A DNA stretch of 63,031 nucleotides, filler included, from Stramenopiles sp. TOSAG23-6 (taxonomy: Eukaryota), in NCBI GenBank assembly GCA_900128565.1. It is 18 parts of 18 records of this genome, joined end to end, with 100 filler letters (N's around TTAATTAATTAA, not from the genome) between each part and the next. Parts side by side here need not be neighbours in the genome. Positions count along the whole stretch, not along the records: positions 31,706 to 35,113 come from LT637515.1; positions 35,214 to 38,607 come from LT637516.1; positions 38,708 to 42,101 come from LT637517.1; positions 42,202 to 45,594 come from LT637518.1; positions 45,695 to 49,085 come from LT637519.1; 13 more parts are not named here. The stretch is one strand, 5' to 3'. How positions within the stretch are numbered: the stretch's first letter is position 1; every line of letters begins with the position of its first letter. A program made the position numbers and the translations under genes. Below, piece by piece: positions 34,116-45,811 of this stretch. Below the pieces are notes generated by a model. The model was not told where the DNA came from. It ran no database searches and worked only from the letters and a program-made list of their open reading frames with translations.

Positions 34116-35026
34116 ATGTCAGTGGTACATATATATNACATGCTTATCATTCTCATAGCAGTGACTACTCTACAAATACAGTGTACGACAGTTCTTGGGG
34201 ATAATGTTAAAGCCACAGCTCAGCCAATTCAACGACAAGAGCAACGTGATGGATCTACTATAGAACAACTACAACACAGAGAGATATCTACAACAATACT
34301 CAAGGATGCATCAAAACCTTCATTTAATGCTACAGCAATACCATCACCACTACTAACAACAACAGCTAATAGTTCTCTTTTCTTTCAAAACATCTCCAAA
34401 CTATTACAAGNAAGAAAATTCACGGAAACNATGCAATTACTTAGTCAAGTCATTCACTCAGAAACACCAAAACAAACAAAAAAAACTTCTACTTTTTTGA
34501 TACATTCGAAACTTCGACGAGGAGCACTTTCATTACGAGGTAGGCTACATGTTGTATTTGGCGATTTTTCATCNGCTTTAGATGATTTTGTTAATGCAGG
34601 TGAAAATAATGATTTAATTTGGAAAGTATGTGTTCATTTTTTTTTTTTTTTTAATTCGTACGAAATTTTGTACCTAAACAATTTTTTTTTTTTTTTAATT
34701 TTTTAAATTCGTACGAAATTTTGTACCTAAATATTTTCATTTTTTTTAAAATTTTTTTTTCACAATACATACAAAACAAAAACGTAAAGATTTCGTGGAT
34801 GCAAAAGTAAAATTTTCTGAAGAAAGATATCCAGAGGCATGGCATGCCTTGAGTAAATTAATAAAAGCTGGAAGCATTGAAAGTTCAATTTTATATCTTA
34901 AAAGGGCTGAAGCTGCAAGATTAGATGGTGCATACACAGCTGCTCGAGGTGATGCAATTCGCGTTTTACAAAATGATCGATTTAATGCTGATGCGGCAGC
35001 TATTGTAGCAGATAGTTTTTTTTCCG
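34116..35026 (+). CDS. Secreted TPR-containing protein, partial
   Basis: Signal peptide, TPR-like helices (LYLKRAEAARLDGAYTAARGDA); GT-AT intron 34626-34770 joins WK|TKQ in frame. Confidence 0.6.
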
Positions 35027-35235
35027 GTACGTTTTTTTTTGTTCCTAAAAAAAATGAATTTTAATTTTTTTTTTCATACGAAATTTTGTACCTAACAAAT
35101 TTTTTAAATTTTTNNNNNNNNNNNNNNNNNNNNNNNNNNNNNNNNNNNNNNNNNNNNTTAATTAATTAANNNNNNNNNNNNNNNNNNNNNNNNNNNNNNN
35201 NNNNNNNNNNNNNAACATGTGTATTCTTTCTTTTC

Positions 35236-38165
35236 TTGGTTATATTGTATAACACAACAAGTGTTGTCGCAGCACCACCAGAAGCAAAAGCAGCACCAGC
35301 ACCAGAAGCAGCAGAAGCAAAAGCAACAGCAGAAGAAGAAGCACGAGCAGCATATTACGAACGCACATTGGAGTTTCTCGAACCGCTACGTGAGGCTAAG
35401 AATGCTCAACGTCGAAGAAACAAAGCAAAAAGAGCAGCACGGAAAGCGGCCAACACGATCCAAATGGCCGCAGCAGACGCAGCAAAAGCAGACGCAGCAC
35501 GAGCAGTACCAGAAGCAGAAGAAGAAGCAAAAGCAGGAGAAACAAAAGCAAACCCAGAACGTTTGCAAGCGTTCATCAATGGTCTCAAAGAAGTCTTCGA
35601 AAATGCTACTTCAGATGATATTCAACCAACTATGTGAGTTTTTTTTCGAATTTTTTTTTCGAATTTTTTTTTCATAGTAAATTTCGTACCTAACAAAAAA
35701 AAAATTTTGAAATATTTTTTAAGCTACATCGATGCTTCTGAAAACGTATTCGAAGAGATGAAAGAGGCTGTTTCTGGTGAATGTAGTTCGGAAGCTATTG
35801 TCCTCACTTTGAAAAATCATTTCGAAGAATTCAATACATTGTTTGTTTTTATCATTCATTTTAATTTCAATGTACAATTTTTTTTTACTACGAAATTCTG
35901 TCCAAAACTTTTTTTTTTTTTTTAATTTCAATGTATAATTTTTTTTTGCTGAAAAAAACCAAAAAAAACAAAAAAAACAAAAAAACTTTTTTTTTTTTTT
36001 TACTATGAAAATTTGTACCTAATTGTGTAAAAAAAAATTGGAATATTTTTCGGAAATATATATTGGCTCAAGGCAATGAAGAGAACAAGGAAGAGGAGAA
36101 GAAAGTCATTCTGGAAAAAGTCAAGGCTATCGCAAAAGGAAACTCTGGAAAATTGTATGTTTCTTCATTCTGAATTTTAAATTTATATTTATAGTTTTTT
36201 TTCATACGAAATTTTCATAGAAAACAAAAAAACATTGAGATTTTTTTTATAGAAGAATTAATTAATCCCAACATTTTCTTCCGTGTTTTTGATGTTTTTT
36301 ACTAAGTAGCGTTTCCGTCTTTTTCAATTGAAAAAACAAAAAAAAACAATCATTTTGTATTTTTTTTCATATCTTTTTTTTTTTTTTTTTTTTTTTTTTC
36401 ATACACTTTACACTAACAAAAATATTTTGATTGCATCAAATTTGAAATATTCTTTCATTATTCAGTTATGAAGCTATGCTAAAAGCCATTTTTTGTGATG
36501 CGCAAACGCTTATTGAAGAGTTGCATCAATCTACGACGCCAGAAGGAAAACCATCTTTGGCGACGATACAGGTACTGTGCGTCATCTATTATACATATAT
36601 ATATATATATATATATATTTGTAGTACGTTTTGTACTTAACAAATTTTTAAAATATTTTTGAAATATTTTTTCACAAAATAGGAAGGGCAGAGTAACGTT
36701 TTATCAAGAATTCATGGCAAGAGTGAAAGAAGCAGAAGCAACAGCAGCAGAAGCAAGAAAAGCAGAAGCAGCAGCACGAGCAGAAGCACCACCGGCGGGA
36801 GCACCACCAGCAGGACCACCAGCAGCACCACCAGCACCACGGCCACTGCCACATCCGGCGAATCTGCCACGCTGGAAAGACCCAGCAGAAGCAGCAGCAG
36901 CAGTACGCATTCAAGCTGTCTATCGTGGACACAAAGGAAGAGAAACAGCAACCGCCGCAGAAGCAGCAAGAGCAGAAGCAGAACGAATTGCTGCAGAAGC
37001 AGCAGCAGCAGCACACGCAGCAGCGGAAGCACCAGCAGCAAGAGCATTCTATGCTGTTCGACGAGGTCATGTTGGAGAAGTTGCACAACTTATCGCTGAT
37101 GGTGTTGATGTCAATCTGACTGATAACGATGGATCTACACTATTGTTTATTGCTTCAATGAATGGTTATGATGAAGTAGTTCAACTACTTCTCGGTGCAA
37201 AGGGAATTGATGTCAACGCGGTGAACTTTGATGAAGAAACCCCATTGTTAATGGCTTCATTTTTTGGTCATGTTGGAGTAGTTCAATTACTTCTCAATGC
37301 TGGTGCAAATGTCAATCAGTCAGATATCGACGGATGTACCCCATTGTTTAATGCTTCAAAGATGGGTTATGAAGGAGTAGTTCAAATACTTCTTGCTGCT
37401 GGTGCTGATGTCAATCAGGTTGATGAAGACGGATATACCCCATTGTATAAAGCTTCAGGGAATGGTCATGATAAAGTAGTTGAAGAACTTCTTGAAGCAA
37501 AGGAAATTGATGTCAATCAGGCTCCTAAAAGTGGATTCTGGAGTGGATATACCCCATTGTATATTGCTTCAGAGAGAGGTCATTATAAAGTAGTTCAACT
37601 ACTTATCGATGCTGGTGCAGAAGGGGAAATGAAAGGAGAAAACGTAGCAGCAGAAGCAGCAAAATCAGCCGCAGAAGCAAAAGCAGCACCAGCACCACCA
37701 GCAGCAGCACCACCAGCAGCAGCACCACCAGCAGCAGCACCACCAGCAGCAGGACCACCAGCAGCAGGACCACCAGCAGCAGCACCACCACCAGCAGCAC
37801 CACCAGCAGGACCACCAGCAGCAGCACCACCAGCAGCAGCACCAGCAGCACCACCAGCAGCACCACCAGCAGCACCACCAGCACCAGCACCAGCAGCACC
37901 ACCAGCAGGAGCACCACCAGCACCACCAGCAGCAGGACCACCAGCAGCACCACCAGCACCAGCACCAGCAGGACCACCAGCAGGAGCTCCACCAAATGCA
38001 CCAGCTCCACCAAATGCACCAGCTCCACCACCACCAGGAGCACCAACACCAACACCAACACCAGCACCAACACCAGCATCTGGTACGGGTTCAAAAGTTT
38101 CACACACTTATGTGCTAACTACTACGGCACTTTTGGGTGTTCTATCATTTGTCGCAATATTATAA
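35236..38165 (+). CDS. Ala/Pro-rich protein with IQ motif, about 6 ankyrin repeats and hydrophobic C-terminus, multi-exon
   Basis: IQAVYRGHKGR; TPLxxASxxGH repeats; introns 35634-35729 (CAT), 35841-36061 (TAT), 36155-36465 (AG), 36577-36682 (AG). Confidence 0.75.
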
Positions 38166-38707
38166 GGCAAAGAAGATCGTTTTTGTCGCATTATAAGGCA
38201 AAAAGTCTCAGAATATTCCATTTTATATTTATATTTGACTTTTTTTGAATTGTAGAATTTTCGTGAAAATAATTTGATACAAAAAAACGAGAGATATGAA
38301 GATAATTTTGTGAATCATGCTTTTTATATTTTTGAAAACTTCGTACTTTATATTTTATTCATGTGGTGTGGTTTAAAAATATGATTTACTTTATTTGATA
38401 AAAAAATAAAATCGATGCATGCAGAAAAAAATTCCTTTTGTTTTTTTGTCTTTCATGATTTTGTTTTCATACAAAATTGTATACAAAATTGTATACAAAA
38501 TTGTATACATGTTTTTTTGGGTTTTTTTCAAAGTTTCGTTGTGAGTTTTTTCTTTAATCCTAACCCTAATCTATCCTGCCATTCATTTTCATGTTTTATA
38601 TGATCTTNNNNNNNNNNNNNNNNNNNNNNNNNNNNNNNNNNNNNNNNNNNNTTAATTAATTAANNNNNNNNNNNNNNNNNNNNNNNNNNNNNNNNNNNNN
38701 NNNNNNN

Positions 38708-39638
38708 GTGTAGTATATTGTAAAGGGATTAACTTGACTGGAACTGATGGTAGCTGAGTTTCGACGGGTATGTATACGTCGTTACCCTCTGATCTGCTAA
38801 TATCAACATAGCAGTACGTAAACATTAAAGTTCCATCAGCAACCACTTTAAAAGAAACAACTTCTTTATATGAAACAGTCTGATTTTTATCAAGAACGAA
38901 CCTCGAGCTCAGTGGGTTGTTTTGACAGATCGGTGTCAACGCCAACGAGCCGTCAGAGAGCTTCAAGAAACTACATTGTGGCTTTGGTGGTTGTGTATTA
39001 CTATCGCTAACACAAATTACACCAGTTGATGTTGTACTTGGTGGAACGGCAATTGTAATCGTTGGATTTTCTTGACAGTTCTGACAATCCTGTTTCCCGC
39101 AACTGCACTTCAACGAAAACTTGGTTATAACATTTATATTTTTTTGTTTTACGTCATCCCTAGAAACTTTTATTGAATGTGCAAGGTTTGGTTGCTTTTT
39201 CGATACATCTGCTAACATTCCATTTTTAAATGTATAATGGTATTGATATATTTTGCGGTGTTGTGGTAATGCGAAGCAAGCTATTACCAAAATTGGTCCT
39301 TTTGTAAACAACTTCGTGTCTCCTTGTTTTTTACAAAATGAGTCAGCGGACGGTTTAATTGTTATTATCGGATATGTACTAAAGCTACAACCCCACACGT
39401 TAGGATCTGAAGCAGAGTCTATTTTGAATAATCCATAATGAATATTCTGAGGGATAAAGGCTAAAACATTTGTGCACGGCAAATAGAAACTTGTGCAATC
39501 CTTGTTTGAACAGAGAAAACCGGGAAGGTTAGGATTGTCGCACGTGCATGGAGTTAACACTCCCAAATTCGAACCACATACTCGTGATGGTTGAAGTTCA
39601 ATTATAATGGCTAGAAACAGGGGGAATAACTTCATCAT
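38708..39638 (-). CDS. Secreted Cys-rich protein, partial
   Basis: Signal peptide, many Cys, long intronless ORF. Confidence 0.6.
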
Positions 39639-39956
39639 AATCCAGTGTATTCTTGTGTTTTTACCCTATGATGTTCTTTTTTTCACAGCGTTACGGCTGA
39701 TGAGATCGATCGATCGAAATCCGAAAGTTCAAAAAATAATACCAAAAAGACGTTTGAAAAAAAAAATTTAAAAAAAAAAAAACACGAAAAATATTCCCTT
39801 TTTATTTTTGGAAATTAGTATTGAATTTCTAGAAAATAATGAAAGATAGAAACAAACCAATACTAGAATATGCTTTTTTTTTTCAACAGAAATAAAGCAA
39901 TTGTACTCTTTTTTTCAGAGTCACTCATCATTTCCAAAATTTTACGTAAAATTGAC

Positions 39957-41959
39957 TTAGAAGCTGGAATTCCTTCTGCGTCTACTTATGTTTTTTCCAA
40001 TTGCATGTATTGTGAAAAAAACAGGAAATAACAAAAAAAAATCGTTAGGTACGAAAGTTCGTACGAAAAAAATAATTTAGATAAAAATTGAAAAAAATAA
40101 AATAAAACGTACATGCACTTCAAATCCAATCGTTTCAACTTCTTCATGATTGAGTATATTTCTACCATCAAAAAGAAAAGCCGGTTTTTCCATACCATCA
40201 TAAATTTTTTGGTAGTCAAATTCTTTAAAACAGTCCCATTCAGTTAAAATTGCAATTGCATGAGCTTTCTTCATCGTGTCATATGGTTTATGATTTTCCA
40301 AAGAAATCATCTTTCGTAAACCGGGTACCGTTTCTTCAGTGATACCACAGGTGTACTTTAACTCTTTGAACATTTCTTCTTCAGTCACTTGTGGGTCGTA
40401 TACAGCAATAGTAGCTCTTTCGCCGAGTAATGCTTTAGCAATGTACGCAGCGGCTTGAAATGCAAAAAAATATTTGAAATTTTTTTTTTTTTTTTTTTGT
40501 TAGGTACGAAGTTTCCTATGAAAAAAAAAAGTCGACGTACAATAGCCATTATGTAAACATACAGTTTCTCGAGTATCGCCTGTATTTTTTTTAAATGCAA
40601 ATCCAAGTAATGCAATTTTCTTTCCCGTAACTGTGTTAAACATACTTATTTTGTAAAAAATATTTTTTTTTTTTTTGAAAAAATATTTTTTTGTTAGGTA
40701 CAAATTTTACTACAAAAAAAAATTTAAAAAAAAAAAAAAATTTGACATACTTTGAATAATTCTTTGAGAAAAACGATTTTTTTGATAATTATTCATTGTA
40801 ATCACAGATAGCCAATAGTCAGCAACTTCAGGTAAATTAAATGATTTACAAAGATATACCAAATTCAAAATATCTTTTTGAAAACAAGATCCTCCAAAGC
40901 CAACACTTGCTTGTAGAAAATTAGATGTATGAAAAAAAANATTTNAAAAAAAAAANTNGTTNGNTANGGTTGAATTCTCTAGGGTTAGGGTTAGATGTTG
41001 AGATTGAAAAAAAAATTTTAATTTTTTTTTTTAAATTAAAAATACGTCCAATACGTGGATCTGTGCCAATGGCATGAGCCACCTCAGCAACATTTGCATT
41101 CGTTTTTTCACACAATGCACTGATGGAGTTAATTGATGAGATCCGCTGTGCAAGGAATGCATTGGCCACTAATTTCGATAATTCTGAAGACCATGGACTA
41201 CAAAAAAAATATTTCAAAACAGTTTGAAATCGTTAGGTACGAAATTTCGTACGAAATGTTTTTTTTTGGAAAAAGGGGAAAATTAATGAATTATGAAAGC
41301 ATACACAATGATGATGTAATTATTTTAGCTTTGGGTACCCAATGCGCATAAATAGCACACAACTTCGCTATCGCTTTTTGTCCGCTGGGTGTTCCCTGAC
41401 CACCAATTAGAACTCGTGAAGGATTAGACAAATCGCGGATGGCAGTCCCTTCGGCTAAAAATTCAGGATTTGATAAAATATCGAAAGTGACACCATTCTT
41501 ACATGTTGATGATAAAATGCGTTGCAATGCGTAAGCTGTTTTTACTGGAACTGTAGATTTTTCAACCACAACTTTTGACGTTGTTGATACTTCTGCAATT
41601 TTGCGGGCCGCTTTCTCCAGATTTGTAAGATTTGAAGCACAACCAGCGCCAATACCGTACGCTTTAGTCGGAGTATTCACACAAACAAAAATGATTTCTG
41701 CATCAGCAATCTCTTTATCAATATTTGTATTAAAAAAAAGGTTTTTTCCACGTACTTTTTGAATAATTTCCTCAAGGCCAGGTTCAAATATTGGAAGTTT
41801 TTCTGAGTTCCAACGATCAACCTGAGCTTGACTAATATCTACAACTGCGACGCGGATATGAGGGCATTTGTTTGCAATCATTGCCATTGTTGGCCCTCCA
41901 ACATACCCAGCTCCAATGCAGCATATACGCGTCGTAAACTGATTTGATGCGGATGACAT
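39957..41959 (-). CDS. UGDH: UDP-glucose 6-dehydrogenase, complete, 6 exons
   Basis: [73 protein letters not shown]. Confidence 0.96.
40005..41304 (-). other. Five non-AG introns in UGDH: 41193-41304 (GT-AT), 40925-41045 (GT-AT), 40646-40750 (GT-AA), 40455-40562 (GT-AA), 40005-40112 (GT-AT)
   Basis: Removal restores ITSSL|WSSELSK, DPRIG|PNFL, IIQ|SMFNT, DTRET|AAAYIAK and FEVH|AIGK without indels against remembered UGDH consensus. Confidence 0.87.
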
Positions 41960-42287
41960 TATAAAACACTAAAATATTTTCAACTTTCTTGTTCAACAAG
42001 GACTTGAAGTTGATTGGTTGTTGATTGATGATTTTTAAACGTAGGTGGTAATATTTTGTTTAAAATGTTTTCGGGTTAGGGTTAGGGTTTGAGAAATAAA
42101 TNNNNNNNNNNNNNNNNNNNNNNNNNNNNNNNNNNNNNNNNNNNNTTAATTAATTAANNNNNNNNNNNNNNNNNNNNNNNNNNNNNNNNNNNNNNNNNNN
42201 NTTTTTTTTTTTTTTTTTTTTTTTTGTTAGGTACGAAATTTCGTATGAAAAAAAAATGTAGATAAAAAGTTCATGATGAAAACGTAC

Positions 42288-42721
42288 AAATATCCTGGAC
42301 ATATCCGACAGGATTCAATTATTTCTCGAATGGTTAAAATTTGGTGTTCATTAATCCATATTTTTCCATTCATTTTAGATAAAAGAAGTTTCAACATTGT
42401 TGGAACGACACATTCAGTCTCTAAATCTTCAAGCTCTTTTAAATCGGCAGCAGATGCGCCTTCTACTCCTTCAAGTTCGGGTAGATTATCCTTATACCAC
42501 GACTGAATATCTAATACACATTGATGTTGTTCTTCAGAAGTCATGCCTCCTTCTCGCTCATTACCAGTTGACTCTATAGCCAAGACATTATCGTGTAGAG
42601 TTGATTTCTGAGGTTTCTGACGTGTTTTACTTTCTTTGTTTCTCATTTTCGTTGAGTTGCGTTTACTCTCAAATGAACGTTGCTGCTTGCTCTCAGAGCG
42701 ACTCTTTTTGGATTCCGGCAT
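42288..42721 (-). CDS. SMI1/KNR4-like protein, first exon
   Basis: GASAADLKELE...VPTMLKLLL..MNG; ends at a GTACGT donor. Confidence 0.55.
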
Positions 42722-43659
42722 CTATAGTATATTTATTATTTACTCCTATTTATTGGGAATGCTCAAGTGTATGTGCATGAACCAATCTTATTCTTTTGAA
42801 ATCAGCACAAGAGAGAGAGAGAGAGAGAGAGAGATGATGATGAAATTGAAAAAGAGATTTTTTTGGCATTTCGAAAATTTTGAAAATTTGAAAATTTTGA
42901 CTTTTTTTTTTCGTACGAAATTTCATAGCTAACAAAAACAATTTAAAAAAAATATATTTTCCTACAATAAATGTACAATAAATGTAAACGGATGTTTTGA
43001 TAGATATATTTTACACCCCATGAATATGGGTGTTCCAAGTATTTTTATATTGTAAGAGGCGTGGTGTCCGTTCGTTCGTTCGTTCGTTCGTTCGTCCGGT
43101 GTCCGATTTCTAAATTTCGTAGTTAATTGGTACAAAATCAATAAAATATGAGCTGAATTTATACTATATATTCAGACTATAGATATATACACTGACTATA
43201 TATAGCTGATCAAGTAGGATTAATCCATTGTCACTTTAAACCAGGTTTGTACATTTGTAACACTTAAATAAATAAGAAAAAAACAAAAATGGGGTGTTCA
43301 ACGTCGAACGACAATCTTTTATTTAATTTACAATTCGGTTTAGTAGAGAAAAAAGAACTCATAGCATTGAGTAAATTTTTGCAATTTTACAAAAAAGTGC
43401 TTACTATTAGATTGAATTTTTAAATTAGATCTCAGATAAAAAAAAATGAATTTCTTAATTTATCCATATAAGGGGGGAATTATATTTTGAGCAGGTTTGC
43501 GCCAATTTGTCTTCTGTACCAATTAAGTACGAAAAAAAATTTTGTTTGCGTTTTTTGACCACACGTGTCGTCGTGCGTACCCAACCAACAAAAACTTCGA
43601 AGTTCGGTACCACCAAGGTCTTCATATTACATAATACTTGCGCAACGTAAAAAAGCATT

Positions 43660-44758
43660 ATGTTACAAATTGAAATAAATGACCTTTGTTGTCCAATTAC
43701 ACTGGATATATATAAAGATCCAGTTGTTGCTGCTGATGGTCACACGTATGAACGAGCTGCAATTTTGCGCCACTTTCAAACAAAGAATACGTCGCCTTTA
43801 ACAAATGAAGTGTTGCCTAATAGAAATCTAGTACCAAACTTGCATTGTAAATCTCTATGTGTTGCATGGAAAGAAAAACAAGCAAGAATGAAGAGTGATA
43901 GTGTTGCTAAAGCCAAAAAAAGAATCTTTCAAGCGGTATACTATAGATGCAAATGCTGGTGATAGTATGGCACAATACAATCTTGCTTCTTGCTATTATT
44001 TTGGTAACGGTGTTGCTGTAGACAAAAAAGAAGCTTTTAAGTGGTATACTAAATCTGCAAATGCTGGTAATATTAAAGCACAATTCAATCTTGGTTGTTG
44101 CTATCTTATTGGTAATGGTGTTGCTAAAGACAAAAAAGAAGCTTTCAAGTGGTATTCTAAATCTGCGAATGCTGGTAATAGTAAGGCACAAAACCATCTT
44201 GGTTTTTTCTATCAACATGGTGATGGTGTTGCTGAAGATAAAAAAGAAGCTTTCAAGTGGTATTCTAAATCTGCGAATGCTGGTAATAGTAGTGCACAAT
44301 GTAGTCTTGGTTTATGCTATGAAAATGGTGATGGTGTTGCTGAAGACAAAGAAGAAGCTTTCAAGTGGTATACTAAATCTGCAAATGCTGGTAATAGAGA
44401 TGGACAATATAATCTTGGTTGTTGCTATGATGATGGTTATGGTGTTGCTGTAGACAAAAAAGAAGCTTTCAAGTGGTATACTAAATCTGCAAATGCTGGT
44501 TATAGTCTCGCACAATTTCAAGTTGGTGCTTGCTATGAAAATGGTAATGGTGTTGCTGAAGATAAAAAAGAAGCTTTTAAGTGGTATATGAAATCCGCTA
44601 ATTCTGGTGATAGTGACGCACAAAACAATCTAGGTGCTTGCTATTTTAATGGTCATGGTGTTGCAGTAGACAAAAAAGAAGCTTTCAAGTGGTTTACTAA
44701 ATCAGCTAATGCTGGTAATAAACATTCAAAGAATTGGATTCGTCGTTTTTTTTCCTAA
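43660..44758 (+). CDS. U-box + Sel1-like repeat protein (108-bp repeats) with a +1 frameshift near 43915-43921
   Basis: CPITLDIYKDPVVAADGHTYER, SPLTN; about 7 AQxNLGxCYxxGxGVAxDKKEAFKWYxKSANAG repeats. Confidence 0.85.
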
Positions 44759-45059
44759 AAAAGTATATATAACTGTATAAAGAGTAAGAATATACATAAT
44801 TATTTTAAATAAAAAAAAATATTTTTAAAAAGTTTTATGAAAATAATTTAAAAAATTGTTTTTTTTTTCATCTTCTTCTCTTCTTCAATCAACACATCAG
44901 CATGGCTACTTTTATTTTATCTATCAAATCTTAAAATTAAATTAATAAATCCAAAAATACATTTCTTGAATTTTGGTACTGAGCATATATGAATCCTCCT
45001 TCTAATCAAGGTTATAGATTCTATAACCTTGTTCTAATTACTTACCAATTTCAAATCAC

Positions 45060-45400
45060 CATTTTTGCCCTCAAGCTCAGGTGAATCATCAACGCCTTGC
45101 ATTGTAAAATGTTTTCCCACACCATGTTTGTCCATACGCAAATATCGTACCATTAAAGCCTTGCATCACACTCTCTACAAGCTTATAACCAGTTTCCTCG
45201 TATGCTTCCTCTTGTGTGACATTCATGTCAAAGACACAATCAAACGTGAACTTTTTACTGTCTCCGTTGACTAGTTTTTGTTGAATATCATTAGATGAAC
45301 TATCACATTTTCCTGGATTATCAATAACACAATGATTAATGGGAAGATTCATTGAGACAATCTGTTGATGTCAGTTGCGTTTTTCTTGGGAATTAAAAGG
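45060..45400 (-). pseudogene. Degraded kinesin motor fragment
   Basis: FTFDCVFD...[18 protein letters not shown] then a corrupted P-loop (WCGKTF) and frameshift; no downstream motor sequence. Confidence 0.7.
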
Positions 45401-45811
45401 ACACAACCATACAACAACCTTCATGCAATCATCTCTTCTATGGTCACCCATTGCTTGAAGAAGCTTGCAATAACTTCTGATAGCCTGCAATGGCAACTAC
45501 TTACTAATATATTAATGATACATTATACTTTATTAAAGAAAAACTTAATAAAATCACATACCAATAAAAACCCATCCCAATACCACCCATCCCANNNNNN
45601 NNNNNNNNNNNNNNNNNNNNNNNNNNNNNNNNNNNNNNTTAATTAATTAANNNNNNNNNNNNNNNNNNNNNNNNNNNNNNNNNNNNNNNNNNNNAGGTAC
45701 AAAATTTCGTACGAAAAAAAAAAATCGAAGTTCCTACTGCAAATTTTGAAAAATCGTTAGGTACAAAATTTCGTACGAAAAAAAAAATCGAAGTTCCTAA
45801 TGCAAACATAC

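Noticed and set aside
36672..38107. Antisense Leu/Val- or Cys-rich ORFs
   Set aside because: Shadows of GCA/CCA low-complexity codons in the real plus-strand gene
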